Positions 13,530-24,868 of a stretch of DNA of 64,000 nucleotides are shown here, piece after piece. Made by a program: the position numbers and the translations under genes. Under the pieces are notes generated by a model. The model made no database searches. It saw nothing but the letters and a program-made list of their open reading frames with translations, and was not told where the DNA came from. The stretch comes from Eledone cirrhosa. Its lineage: Eukaryota. How positions within the stretch are numbered: position 1 is the first letter of the stretch; the number at the start of each line of letters is the position of its first letter. Where the stretch lies: positions 36,642,001 through 36,706,000 of the forward strand of contig OZ024756.1 of assembly GCA_964016885.1 (NCBI GenBank). The letters run 5' to 3'.

Positions 13530-13795
13530 AACAAGGGAGGTAATACAGTACCTTAAGTACAATACATTCTCATGTTGAGAGTCGTTAATATTGACAGGGG
13601 AGGTAATACAGTAACTTAAGTAGGGTTGTCTCATATCTAGTCTTCAATATTGACAAGGGAGGTAATACAGTACCTTAATTATGGTTATCTCATGTCGAGT
13701 CTTCAATACTGACAAGGGAAGTAATACAATACCTTAAGTTCGATATATTCTCATACCTAGAGTCTTCAACATTGACAAGGGAGGTAATACAGAGT
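13530..13795. repeat. ~60-bp minisatellite (core caagggaggtaatacagtaccttaag), 5-6 units; copies ~20965-21295 and ~50970-51300 (inverted), 38590-38735, 43810-44075, 63395-63660
   Basis: Tandem units of 60-62 bp with a conserved core. Confidence 0.88.
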
Positions 13796-14094
13796 CTTCT
13801 AACATTGTCAACATTTCTTTCAATACAATAATAAATCTATAAGAAACGCTTATAAATCTCCCAATATATAAAATAATAAATAATTAAACATTAATCTACG
13901 GTATTTTCTATTAATTTTAGGACAAACTTTCAGCAACAGATAATAAAGATGTCAAAGACGAATATATTATAGAGAACGAGAAAGTCAACAGAAGTTCAGT
14001 TATAAAACGCTTTTTAAATATAATTGGTCTTGAGCTGTTTAGACAACCTAAATTTGTATCATTGCTGATCTCCTACACTTTGTGGGCGTGTGAG

Positions 14095-14151
<57 letters not shown>

Positions 14152-14175
14152 GTACATGTATGTATGAATACATAT

Positions 14176-14227
<52 letters not shown>

Positions 14228-14313
14228 GTAGCAGGTGAGTTTTATTGTAGCACAATAAAACAATGCAAATATCGGATAAGTAGCACTCTACAGTTTGTAG
14301 GACTGGAGTATAA

Positions 14314-14645
14314 ATAATATAAGATCAAAAGATGGTTAAAAGAGTTCCAAGTATTTTATTATGGGCATTTCAAAAATAAATATCATCATGGGATGATATC
14401 TGCGTTCTCATCAGATAAAATGGGGAGACATGATATGAAGCTTAAAGAACACTTGTGAATAGTTTTCAATCAAATTAATGTTGATTTAAAACTTCACTAT
14501 TCACAAGTGTTTTTTAAGCTTCCTATCATGTATCCCTATTTTATCTGATGAAAACGCAGATATCATCTCATGATGATATTTGTTTTTGAAATGCGCATAA
14601 TAAAATACTTGGAACTCTTTTAACCATCTTTTGATCTTATATTAT
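14314..14645. repeat. Palindromic element (~145-bp arms), each arm carrying a hammerhead motif; copy ~44570-44890
   Basis: ataagatcaaaagatggttaaaagagttccaag...cacttgtgaatag versus ctattcacaagtg...cttttgatcttat. Confidence 0.88.
14537..14607 (+). ncRNA. Minimal type I hammerhead ribozyme (PLE-type)
   Basis: UAUUUUAU CUGAUGA [aaacgcagauaucauc ucau gaugauauuuguuuuu] GAAA UGCGCA UA AUAAAAUA: 8-bp stem I, long stem II, palindromic loop III. Confidence 0.8.
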
Positions 14646-14939
14646 ATATATATATATATATACAACACTACGGTAAATACTGTATATATATATATATATA
14701 TATATATATTCTTTGAATAGAAGACTTTATTAGATGTTAAGAAATTGGAAGTTCTCATTGACAATCTGTTTCCATGGATTAAAAAAGGAACATTATCTAG
14801 TTCAAAACACCAATGTAGAAACGGAGATTACAACGAGTCTTTTAGTAGTACTACACCCAAATACCAACCTTTCATAAAAGTTTTAAATATTTTATTTAAG
14901 ATATTTTCAGTAGAAAGATCTTGAAAATTGCCAAAAACA

Positions 14940-17128
14940 ACCAGTGATACCAGATGGAGGTTGGGGTTGGGTCGTATGTTTTGCTGCAGCCTCTGTTTGT
15001 TTCACAGTAATTGGATTGACAGGTTCTTCTGGAATCTTCCTTCTTGGACTCAGAAAAAGTTGTCTTTGATCGGAGCCTTGCTTGGAGGCCTCAGTATGCT
15101 TGCAGGTAAATCAAATAAATTTTCTAATCCTACCCCATGCTTTCAAAACAGTATCTTGCCGCTTTAAAGCTGTGTTTGAGGTTTCTTCAATTTTATGAAA
15201 ATATATTTTTCTGTTATCTATTGCTACAACGAAATATCTCTTATTCAATGTTTCCCGCAATATTTCTCATGATACTCTTTTGTGGGTGAGTTAGGGAAGT
15301 GATTTGAATTTTATTGCCTTCACTGGAAAGAGAGCAATAATCAGATTGAACCTAAACACTTTAAGTTATATAGATGGCACCATATAGTTATTCTCTGGTC
15401 ATGGAGTTACAAAAGTGGGGTAAATTATATTGTCATGACATTATACTGAATTAATAATAAGATCGAACCTAGAAATCTTAAGCTGTATTGATTATTCTTT
15501 ATCACATTATATCTTCAGCTCCAGTTGCCAGTATTTTGTTGGCTTATTCTAGTCATAGGATAGTGTTGATATTATCAGGACTTATTGGATTCACAGGAGC
15601 CATTATGGGAGTATTTTCTACCAGTAGTGATATGATGATAGCTACATATGGGGTTATTACAGGTAAGATATCGTTCAAACTTACAGAAAATTCATTACAT
15701 TTATCATTTAATATCATAACATATTTGACATTACCTTATATGTGATATATATCTTGTAATATCATTACATATCTAACGTACGACATTTAATATTATGACA
15801 GATATACTACAGTTTATAACAGACGACAATAAATATTCTCAAATATCACAATGAATATTGCTAATACATTATAAATACTAGCAGAAAAACCGCCCCACGA
15901 TCGGTTTTCTGCTAGTATATATAATCTGCATATTGATAATATACGTAAATATACATAAATATAGATATGACACGTAAATTGAGAAGTAATTTGACAATAT
16001 GCTCATAAATTGAAGAGAGACTGTGTTATACTTTCTTCTGTAATCAGTAAAGTAATCCATGAAACATTTAAAAAAGACGATATGTCTGTCGGTGTGTCTT
16101 TCATGTTTGTGTAAATATGTTATCCCTACGGTGAAATCTTAGAAATAAATATATATTAAAACGAAAAACGAAAAAATGAAATTAGAGACGGAAATATACA
16201 GGTTATGATATAATGAACGCTAACGGAAGTTGACATTTGAAAGTTTTAACAAAAGTGAATCTTGAAATAAGCAATACATTATATATAAAACGATTTATGT
16301 TTTATCAAGAGATTAGAAATTTATTAGATAAATTACATAATATTCATTCATGATTTATTCAAAGTAACCCATCATATTTCATTAACGTGATGTAAAATAA
16401 TAAACTGGATACAGTATCGCAGTTCTCCAATCATTATATATAAAGTGATTTTTTGTTTTGCAGGTGTGTCGCTTGGAATGTCCTTCTTCACTGCGCCAAT
16501 TATCGCAGGACAGTATTTTGACAAGAAACGTGCCTTAGCAATAGCAATAGCTAATTGTGGTGGAGGAGTGGGGACATTGGTAGGCAACATATTAGTTTAA
16601 TATCTCATAGGAAATTACGGACCTTACTCCTTATATCAGGAGGGCTTCTCAATATAGTTGTTTTGGGATCACTTTGTCGACCTCTGAAATATGTCTATAA
16701 AGAGGTAGAACATAAAGAAGATATAGGTAAGTTTGTTACAATATCAAATGATATTATTGTTGAACAATATTCCAATTTCCTTGTCATTCACTACATTACT
16801 GTAACATATTCCTAATTATTTACAATGTCAAACAATTTGATTGTTAAAAGAACCAGTTATTAATTTAAAAAGCTAACACATCTTTTTATGTATATATAAA
16901 TGTGTATATATGTATAATGGGTGTGAATTGTTTTGTTTAAAATGTGAGTAGAGAGACAAATAGTAAGATTCTTAATAAAAGTTGTGGACATTTCTACTTT
17001 CAGCTTTACCAGACGACACAATCGAAACCTCTGTGACAGACGATGTAAAATCAGACGACACAGAAAATAATAAACAAAAAGGAACAGTAAACGAGACGTT
17101 TGTTATGTCAGAAGATAGATATAATACG
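14940..17128 (+). pseudogene. Divergent SLC16-like paralog H1: exons ~14940-15105, 15519-15662, 16464-16726, 17004-17128
   Basis: PDGGWGWVV and GQYFDKKRALAIAIANCGGGVG; 22-nt deletion in exon 1; 10-nt deletion and TAA in exon 3; no start codon found. Confidence 0.85.
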
Positions 17129-17879
17129 GTGAGATTTGATTATTTATAGTGCTAACTATATTACTAGGGTATCAGTTATTAATTTATATTTTTAAAATAA
17201 TTAAAATTTAAAGTCTCAGTAACAATAGCTAAAAAAATTATTCTGGAAATAATTCTGGATATTATTTTGGAAATATTTTTAGAAATTTTTTTGGAAATAT
17301 TTTTTGAAAATATAAAATAAAGTACCAGTAATGCACTGGGTAATTGCTGGCCTTGTGCCTAAAGTAGAAACAATTATTTTTGAAATAGTTTTTTGAAATA
17401 TTTTTGGAAATATTATTTTTCGAAATATTTTTTGGAAATATTTTTTGGAAGTATTTGGAAATATTTTTTACAGAAATATTTTTGTTAAGGTTTACCACGA
17501 CAAATAATTAAGAAAAATAATATAAAAGCAATCAGTAAAAAGATTCCACATCCATAAAAAACAAACCGAAAGGATCCTGTGAGGTCGAAAATCAGTCCTG
17601 AAATTACAAACATCCTTTAATATATTATTGTTTACTATATATTTCGTTTAAATACATTGAAATTTCTAAGTCTTATAACTTTCAAGGATTGATTGTCAAG
17701 AAGTCATCGTAGATAAAGATTGGTTGAATCAAAGTTAACGACTTTTCTATATAACAGGTATTTATTTTATGTAGCACACATAAACAAAAGACTAGATGTT
17801 TAAACTCAGAAAATAGATATAAGTACAGTTTTTTAATTATAAGCTTCACAGTTAAAGTAATGGTTTCTGATATAGCATA

Positions 17880-18215
17880 ATATTTTGGGGTCACTGGTGC
17901 TTTATTTTAAATACCCCGTAGGGATAAAAGGCAAAGCTAACCACGGCGGGTTTTGAATTCAGAACGTAAAGGACGTAACTTTATATCAGAAGGCAGGGTG
18001 TCCGACGCTCTACCGATTCTGCTAATAAAATAATTGTTTTTACTTTTGGGACAAGGCCAGTAATTACCCCAGTGCATTACTGGTGCTTCATTTTATCGAC
18101 TCCGTAAGGATGAAAGGCAAAGCTAACCTCGGCGGGATTTAAACTCAGAACGTAAAGGTACGTAACTCTGTGCTACAAAGCATGGTGTCTGACGCTCTAC
18201 CGATACTTCCAATCC
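17880..18215 (+). mobile_element. Two tandem SINE copies (single recombined copy at ~48150-48283)
   Basis: ttttatcgac.ccg.aaggatgaaaggcaaag.taacctcggcgggattt.aactcagaacgtaaagg repeated; same family as 21519-21706. Confidence 0.75.
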
Positions 18216-18456
18216 AAAATGATGAAGTGTAAACATTCTTTCTTTATTCCCTCTGTATTGAGGAAAACATAAAAATACATTTTACATTTTTCAGAGGTTT
18301 TGTCTCTTCATCAGAAGCTAATTGCTCCTATGATTCAAATACTTCTAAGCCAGACAAAAACAGAAGAATTGGCAAATATCTAAGTCCAGAATTTACTGAG
18401 CTTTTCATTCCTCATTATGTGAGATGCCTATTGAGGAATAACTTTGAAAAACTTAC

Positions 18457-19762
18457 CAAAAATAGGAGGAGAAACAAAATATGTTAATCCGTTGAAGACA
18501 CTTACAACACTGTATGCTTTGGTGGAATGTTCCAGACCAACAATTTCTGTTGTGAGTATGAGTTTCAGTGGTAGTGAAAACCCTGAAATATATAACAGAA
18601 AAATAATCATGATTTATTTTTACCTTGATGATATCAATTTATGTCAGCTAATAGTTAACTGGTTCAATCGTGAGTTTTGACTATGAAAATTGGGTAGAGT
18701 TCATAGAGAATGAAAAATGCGAACGACATTACACCAAAGCGGAGCTGACAAATTATCCCCACCATTGTAAGCCCTAACTATCTGCCAGTGGATGTACACA
18801 CACACACACTCACACACACACACACACTCACTCACTCACACACACTCACACCCACACTCACAAACACACACACTTTTATAAAAGCCAAACACTCTTCAAT
18901 TCGACTTTCGTGTCAACCCTTACCTATGGTCATGAATCTTGGATAATGACGGAAAGAATACGATCAAGAATAAAAGCGGCCGAAATGGGGTTCCTCGGAA
19001 GGGTCTTTAACGAAGGGTCTGTAACGTTACTCGATAAAGTACATAGCTTGGAGATGAGAGAGTTAATCCAGGTAGAGCCACTACGTCTCCGAATTGAGAG
19101 AACACAGCTCCGATACTATGGACATGTGGTTAGAATGTCCCAGGAAAGATTCGCTGGACAGATTTTACGAGCAAAATCAACCGACAAGAGACCCTGGGGT
19201 AGACTCTGGGGTAGACTCTGGGGTAGACCCTGGGGTAGACTCTGGGGTAGACCCTGGGGTAGACCCCGAGCAAGAGAGCTGGATAATATCCATGTGCTTG
19301 GCTGGTAACGCTTGGTAATCCAGCCGGGTCAGTTGGAGACGGTAGCTTCTGACAGGAACCGCTGGTGGGTGTGTTTGAGTACCCTGCCCCCACGACTCCC
19401 TGAAGAAGAAGAAGAAGAAGAAGAAGAAGAAGAAGAAGAAGAAGAAGAAGAAGAATGTAGGAGTGAGAAAACTTAATTTAGAAACTTACCGACTGCAACT
19501 CCATACACACACACCACAGGGGCCATGTATTCGAAAGTATTACAGTGAGGCATCAGCATAGCAGTTGCAGCAATTACCAACAGCGATAAGCTGAACATCA
19601 TCTTGCTACTAAAGTGAAGTACATCAATAATTACACCAAGTACGAAATTACCAAATGTTGAAAACAACCCTACAAGTAGTAGCAGGAGGGCAGATCTCTG
19701 TTCGCTCATTCCAAACGACCAAACACACATAGGAGGAATATAGGAGTACATTGTGTTACAGT
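18457..19762 (-). CDS. SLC16-like C-terminal-half exons (19762-19490, 18582-18457; end of TM7 to TM11); partial gene
   Basis: MYSYIPP...GMSEQRSALLL..VGLFSTFGNFVLGVIID and EIVGLEHSTKAYSVVSVFNGLTYFVSPPIFG; open frames, intact GT-AG sites, phase 1/1. Confidence 0.72.
18885..19454 (+). mobile_element. 5'-truncated RTE-type LINE 3' end with (GAA)n tail, intronic and antisense to the transporter exons
   Basis: TLTYGHESW...AAEMGFL...QLRYYGHVVRM...RPWGRP; internal 12-bp repeat ctggggtagacc; (gaa)n tail. Confidence 0.85.
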
Positions 19763-19806
19763 CTGAAATTTTAAAAAAAGTTACATATATATATATCAAT
19801 AATATT

Positions 19807-19930
19807 AATGGAAAATATCTTTATAAAACCATATTTATTTTATTATACGTATTTCAAGGGTACTGAAATATTAGTACCCTTGAAATACGTATAATAAAAT
19901 AAATATGGTTTTATAAAGATATTTTCCATT
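19807..19930. repeat. Perfect ~58-bp-arm hairpin (copy ~49802-49925)
   Basis: aatggaaaatatc...caagggtact gaaatatt agtacccttg...gatattttccatt. Confidence 0.9.
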
Positions 19931-20618
19931 TATTAATATTATTGATATTAATGATACTCTTGATAAATCTCGTTGAGTGCTTCTAATCTGTTGTAAATTA
20001 ACTTTGTTGAATAATCAACAAACTAAATAACTCATTGTTTATATATATATATATATAAACTATAATAAAGGAAGGTCTGCGGGACTGCGTACGGTTTATT
20101 TTCTTTTTATCCCGATTGTAAAATAAGTTGGATTACTTTGAATAAATAATGAATGAATATTACATAATTCATCTACTAAATTTCGTAAACAAAATTAATT
20201 TCGTAAAAATAAATAATTTAAAATTGACATCTTTTCAAAGTTGCACTTCCGGTATATCGTTACCACCACCACCACTTCAACTACCATATATATATATAGA
20301 AACAGAGAGTGTGTGATGTTAACACTTCCGGTGGCGATCGCTTAAATAAACATGCTAATTTTCTGTCACTAATTTTCTCCTAATGCAGTTTATATATATC
20401 GTCTTTTTTTAATGTATCATGGATTACGTTACTGATTACATAAGACAATGTAACAGTCTTCTTTCAATTTCTGTGTATATTGTCAATTACGATTTTATTT
20501 GATCATATCTACATGTATATATACTCGCGTATAATATCAATATACACACTACACATGCTAGCAGAAAACCACTCGAAGGGGGGTTTTTCTGTTAGTGTAT
20601 ATATATATATATATGGAA

Positions 20619-20665
<47 letters not shown>

Positions 20666-21502
20666 CTCACACGCCCACAAAGTGTAGGAGATCAGCAATG
20701 ATACAAATTTAGGTTGTCTAAAAAGCTCAAGACCAATTATATTTGAACAACGTTTTATAACTGAACTTCTGTTGACTTTCTCGTTCTCTATAATATATTC
20801 GTCTTCGACATCTTTATTATCTGTTGCTGAAAGTTTGCCCTAAAATTAATAGAAAATACCGTAGATTAATGTTTAATTATTTATTATTTTATATATTGGG
20901 AGATTTATAAGTGTTTCTTATAGATTTATTATTGTATTGAAAGAACGTTGACAATGTTAGAAGACTCTGTATTACCTCCCTTGTCAATGTTGAAGACTCT
21001 AGGTATGAGAATGTATCGTACTTAAGGTACTGTATTACTTCCCTTCTCAGTATTGAAGACTAGAAACGAGACACATCCAAATTAAGGTACTGTATTACCT
21101 CCCTTGTCAGTATTGAAGGCTAGATATAAAACACATCCTAATTTAGGTACTGTATTACCTCCCTTGTCAATATTGAAAACTCGACATGAGAATTTATTGT
21201 ACTTAAGGTACTGTATTACCTCCCCTGTCAATATTAACGACTCTCAACATAAGAATGTATTGTACTTAAGGTACTGTATTACCTCCCGTGTTAGTAATGG
21301 ATGTCTTGACATAAGAAAATATGACACTTGGTGAGTGTGTGTGTGTGTATTTGTGTGTGGCTGCGTGTGTGAGAATATATCTATATAATATGTATGTGTC
21401 TATATTGGTATATAAGTATGACCATGTTGGTATTTATGTGTCGGTATACATTTGTATGTATTGATATTTGTGCATCTATAAATATGTTTCTTTTATCTAT
21501 AT

Positions 21503-21722
21503 CTTATAGGCCTATAATTGTTTCTACTTTTTGGCACAAAGCCAGCAATTATCACAGTGTATGACTGGTACATTATTTTATCGACCCCATATGGATGAAA
21601 GGCAAAGTTAACCTCGGCGGGATTTGAACTCAGACCATAAAGGGCCGTAACTCTTTGCTGCGAAGCATGGTGTCCGACCCTCTGCCGATACTGCCAAACC
21701 ACCGCCCTTATAGGCCTATAAT
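21503..21722 (+). mobile_element. SINE with 16-bp TSD cttataggcctataat (paralog ~51508-51727)
   Basis: TSD at 21503-21518 and 21707-21722; the empty site is visible in the inverted paralog at ~13316-13332. Confidence 0.85.
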
Positions 21723-21728
21723 GCTATA

Positions 21729-21951
21729 TATATATATATAGCCGATCGACTTTCGACAAATCGGTCCGAGGAAAGAATGTTTCCGTTGGTCCTTCCAATT
21801 GCTCATGTTATTTATCCGTCGCAACTCCTGGTAGAAGAAGCAACGTGAAATAAAGAGTTTTGCTCAAGGACATAACGCACCGCCTGGTCCAGGAATCGAA
21901 CTCACCACCCCAAGAATCCACTTCTCTAACCACTCAGCCACGCGCCTTCAC
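21729..21951. mobile_element. Second SINE-like insertion with 9-bp TSD aatgctata
   Basis: aatgctata on both sides; tRNA-like ggaatcgaactc...taaccactcagccacgcgc segment; absent from the paralog at ~13300. Confidence 0.65.
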
Positions 21952-22167
21952 AATGCTATACATGTGTCTATATGATATGTATGTTTATGTTGATATTTGA
22001 TACGTGTTTCTGTATTGATACAATGTGTGTTTCTGTTTTCATATGTATACGTATCTATGAGTATGTGTGTATCTATATTGATAAATATATGCGTACCTAT
22101 CGGTATATATGTATCTGCATTAATGTATATACGTATCTGCTGGTATGTCTGTCAATGTATACAGTTA

Positions 22168-22252
<85 letters not shown>

Positions 22253-22257
<5 letters not shown>

Positions 22258-22816
22258 ATAGAGGTGTAACACACAAGTTGTGATATATTGGTAAACGGAA
22301 AAGAAAATGCTGACAAATTGTTCACAGTGAAAAATAGTTTAATTAGGAATAAGTGAGAATTAGTAATAGTATTGGTTAGTATTCAGTTTTGGTTTTAAGT
22401 TTTACCGGTTGCGCATTTCTAATGCTTTTCAAAAATAATTTTGAGATAGAGCGTCCGTGATGTTTGCTCTAATCTGATTAGTTTTGGAAATTCTACCAGT
22501 TTTTATGTTAAAAAAGTGGCTCCAGCGGTAATAAAATAAGTTTTGCGCCAATTCGTGTTGCAAAAATTCTTGTCGTCAAAACAATTTTGATTGGTCGGTA
22601 GAGGTCATGTGAATGTTAAAAATTGATTTTGCGCCAAATGTAGGTTTGTGTCGGCTGATTGAGAAGTCACTGAAAAATAAGTCTTTCAAAATGTGTGTGT
22701 GTAGTAGTTGTAGTAAAGAGGTTCGTTGTTGTGATAATGGTCAGCAGGGATGTGTGTGCGAACCGCAGCCTGTTGACAGTTCAAATGCCTATTAAGACGT
22801 GTGTGTGTGTGTGTGC

Positions 22817-22905
<89 letters not shown>

Positions 22906-22906
22906 C

Positions 22907-22966
<60 letters not shown>

Positions 22967-24868
22967 ATCTAAGCGTGTGTATGTGTGTGTGTGTATATAT
23001 ATGTGCGTGTGTGCGCATACACGTGTGTGTGTGAGAATGTGTGTGTGTGGGTGGACCAGTAATTATTTTTGTGATACTGGTGAAATGGTGTACATTATTC
23101 GATATTTTCAGTAAAATCGATTCTCTCAATAGAACATCAAAAACCTTAATAATAAAAGGTGTGAAATGATATATAGTATTGGCATAATACCAAGGTGTGT
23201 GTGAGTGTGTCCAGATTGTACGTACTGCAAGGGGAATCCATTAGGCCTTGCCGTATTGGAATACATGTGTACAAATATGTATGTGCCCACCAATGTGCAA
23301 TGCATGTGTGCGTTTATGTATGTGTGTGTGTCGGCACGTTTATATCTATAGACATCAAAAGGTATGCAAATTTATGTATATTTGTGTTGCACCATAGAAC
23401 ATGTGTGTTTACGTATGTCATTGTGTTTATATGTGGGTAGAGATGTATGCTGATGTAGGTATGTATGTTGACGTGTGTATGTTGTGGGTTCGTCTTAGGG
23501 AGAAGTGTTTAGACGGGGTCCGTATTTGTTAATAAAGTAAGATTCCTTGCTGATGCGCTGGGTGTGGGTGGCATTATCTTTAAATTTGTAGAGGGGAAAG
23601 TTTCTGAAGTTGGGATGATTTTGGGCGACACAGGTATCAATGTGTTCACTCAGTGGTATTTTCCTGTATTCCCGTATTTTAATTTGGGATCTATGGACAG
23701 TCATGCGTTGGCGGAGGCTGTTTTTGGTCTGGCCTATGTATTGTTCTCGACAACCTGAGCAAGTTAATACATATATTAGATTTTCTGATGCGCATGTGAA
23801 ATTGTGTTTTACTATAAAACCTTGTCCTTCTTTGAAATAGAATTCCGAACCCTCTATTAGGTTGATGCATATGCCACAGTTGGGTCTATCGCATTTTTTT
23901 ACTGTGGGTTTCGTTGTTGTGGTTGGCAGTACTTTAGCATGTGTTAGGATGTTTTTCATTGACTTAGATTGTCTTTTGCTCTTTATGATATCGTGTGTTC
24001 GTAGGATTTGGTTCATTCTATGGTCCTTTTTCAACACAGGGATGTTCTGGAGGATGGTGTCAAAGGCCTCATTGTTGAGGGGGTTGTGTGTGGAGATGTA
24101 TGGAAGAGCTTTTAGTTTCGGTTGATTTACTTTAGGGTGTCTAAGGTCCTGGGTACTGAGTTTTAGGGAACGTTGGATTCCATTGTCAATTAGTGATGCA
24201 GGGTAGTCCCTGCCTATGAGTGTGTCCTTTAGTTCTTGTAGCCGTAAGTAGCAGGTGTTTTTATTGGAGACTATAGTACAGATTCTCTTGGCTAAGTTGT
24301 AGGGAATATTAATTTTAACGTGTCTAAGGTGGCAAGAGTTGAAAGGAAGATATTGCTTGGAGTCTGTGGGCTTGTAGTATATGTCTGTTTCTATTTTTTT
24401 GTTATGAATCTTAATGAGGATGTCGAGGAAGGGGAGTTGTTGATGGCTGTATTCCATCGTGAAGTTAATATTCGTGTTGAGCCCATTTATAAGGGTGTGA
24501 AATTCTTTAAACATTTGACGCAAAATCAATTTTGAACATTCACATGACCTCTACCGACCAATCAAAATTGTTTTGACCACAAACATTTTTGCAACACGAA
24601 TTGGCGCAAAATTATTTTATTACGGCTGGAGCCACATTTTTAACATAAAAACAGGTAGAATTTGCAAAACTAATCAGATTAGAGCAAACATCACGGTCGC
24701 TCTATCTCAAAATTATTTTTGAAAAGCATTAGAAATGCGCAACCGGTAAAACTTAAAACCAAAACTGAATACTAACCAATACTATTACTAAATTCTCACT
24801 TATTCCTAATTAAACTATTTTTCATTGTGAGCAATTTGTCAGCATTTTCTTTCCCGTTTACCAATATA
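22253..24868 (-). mobile_element. Penelope-like retroelement (GIY-YIG), 5'-truncated, with inverted pseudo-LTR, inserted in (TA)n
   Basis: ~355-bp inverted repeats at 22283-22641 and 24511-24868; ORF 23495-24529; absent from the paralogous sites at 27-1081 and 52176-52233. Confidence 0.9.
23495..24529 (-). CDS. PLE polyprotein C-terminal part: RT end/thumb, Cys linker and GIY-YIG endonuclease (5'-truncated)
   Basis: LPFLDILI, YYKPTDSKQYLPFNSCH, CDRPNCGIC, NLIYVLTCSGCREQYIGQT..LRQRMTVH, ESYFINKYGPRLN. Confidence 0.88.
   Translation of the reverse strand: MILRQMFKEFHTLINGLNTNINFTMEYSHQQLPFLDILIKIHNKKIETDIYYKPTDSKQYLPFNSCHLRHVKINIPYNLAKRICTIVSNKNTCYLRLQELKDTLIGRDYPASLIDNGIQRSLKLSTQDLRHPKVNQPKLKALPYISTHNPLNNEAFDTILQNIPVLKKDHRMNQILRTHDIIKSKRQSKSMKNILTHAKVLPTTTTKPTVKKCDRPNCGICINLIEGSEFYFKEGQGFIVKHNFTCASENLIYVLTCSGCREQYIGQTKNSLRQRMTVHRSQIKIREYRKIPLSEHIDTCVAQNHPNFRNFPLYKFKDNATHTQRISKESYFINKYGPRLNTSP

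Noticed and set aside
13530-13795. CRISPR-like look of a conserved ~26-35 bp core with variable intervening sequence
   Set aside because: The intervening segments are homologous to each other, there are no cas genes and the context is eukaryotic; it is a minisatellite.
17262-17498. KNISKN-rich ORF
   Set aside because: Low-complexity tttttggaaata tandem repeat.
17560-17605. Other degenerate hammerhead-like stretches (here, ~7690-7735 and ~9560-9615)
   Set aside because: Several core nucleotides are missing, so they cannot be distinguished from chance without a covariance model.
18278-18320. Minus-strand hammerhead-like motif CUGAUGA agag-acaaaac-cucu GAAA aaug UA
   Set aside because: Stem III is unpaired, stem I is only ~2 bp and the paralog at ~48290 is degraded; at best a dead relic.
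18295-18420. Possible plus-strand exon 5 of the H paralog
   Set aside because: It hits a stop in the phase required by exon 4, and the acceptor region is deleted in the duplicate.
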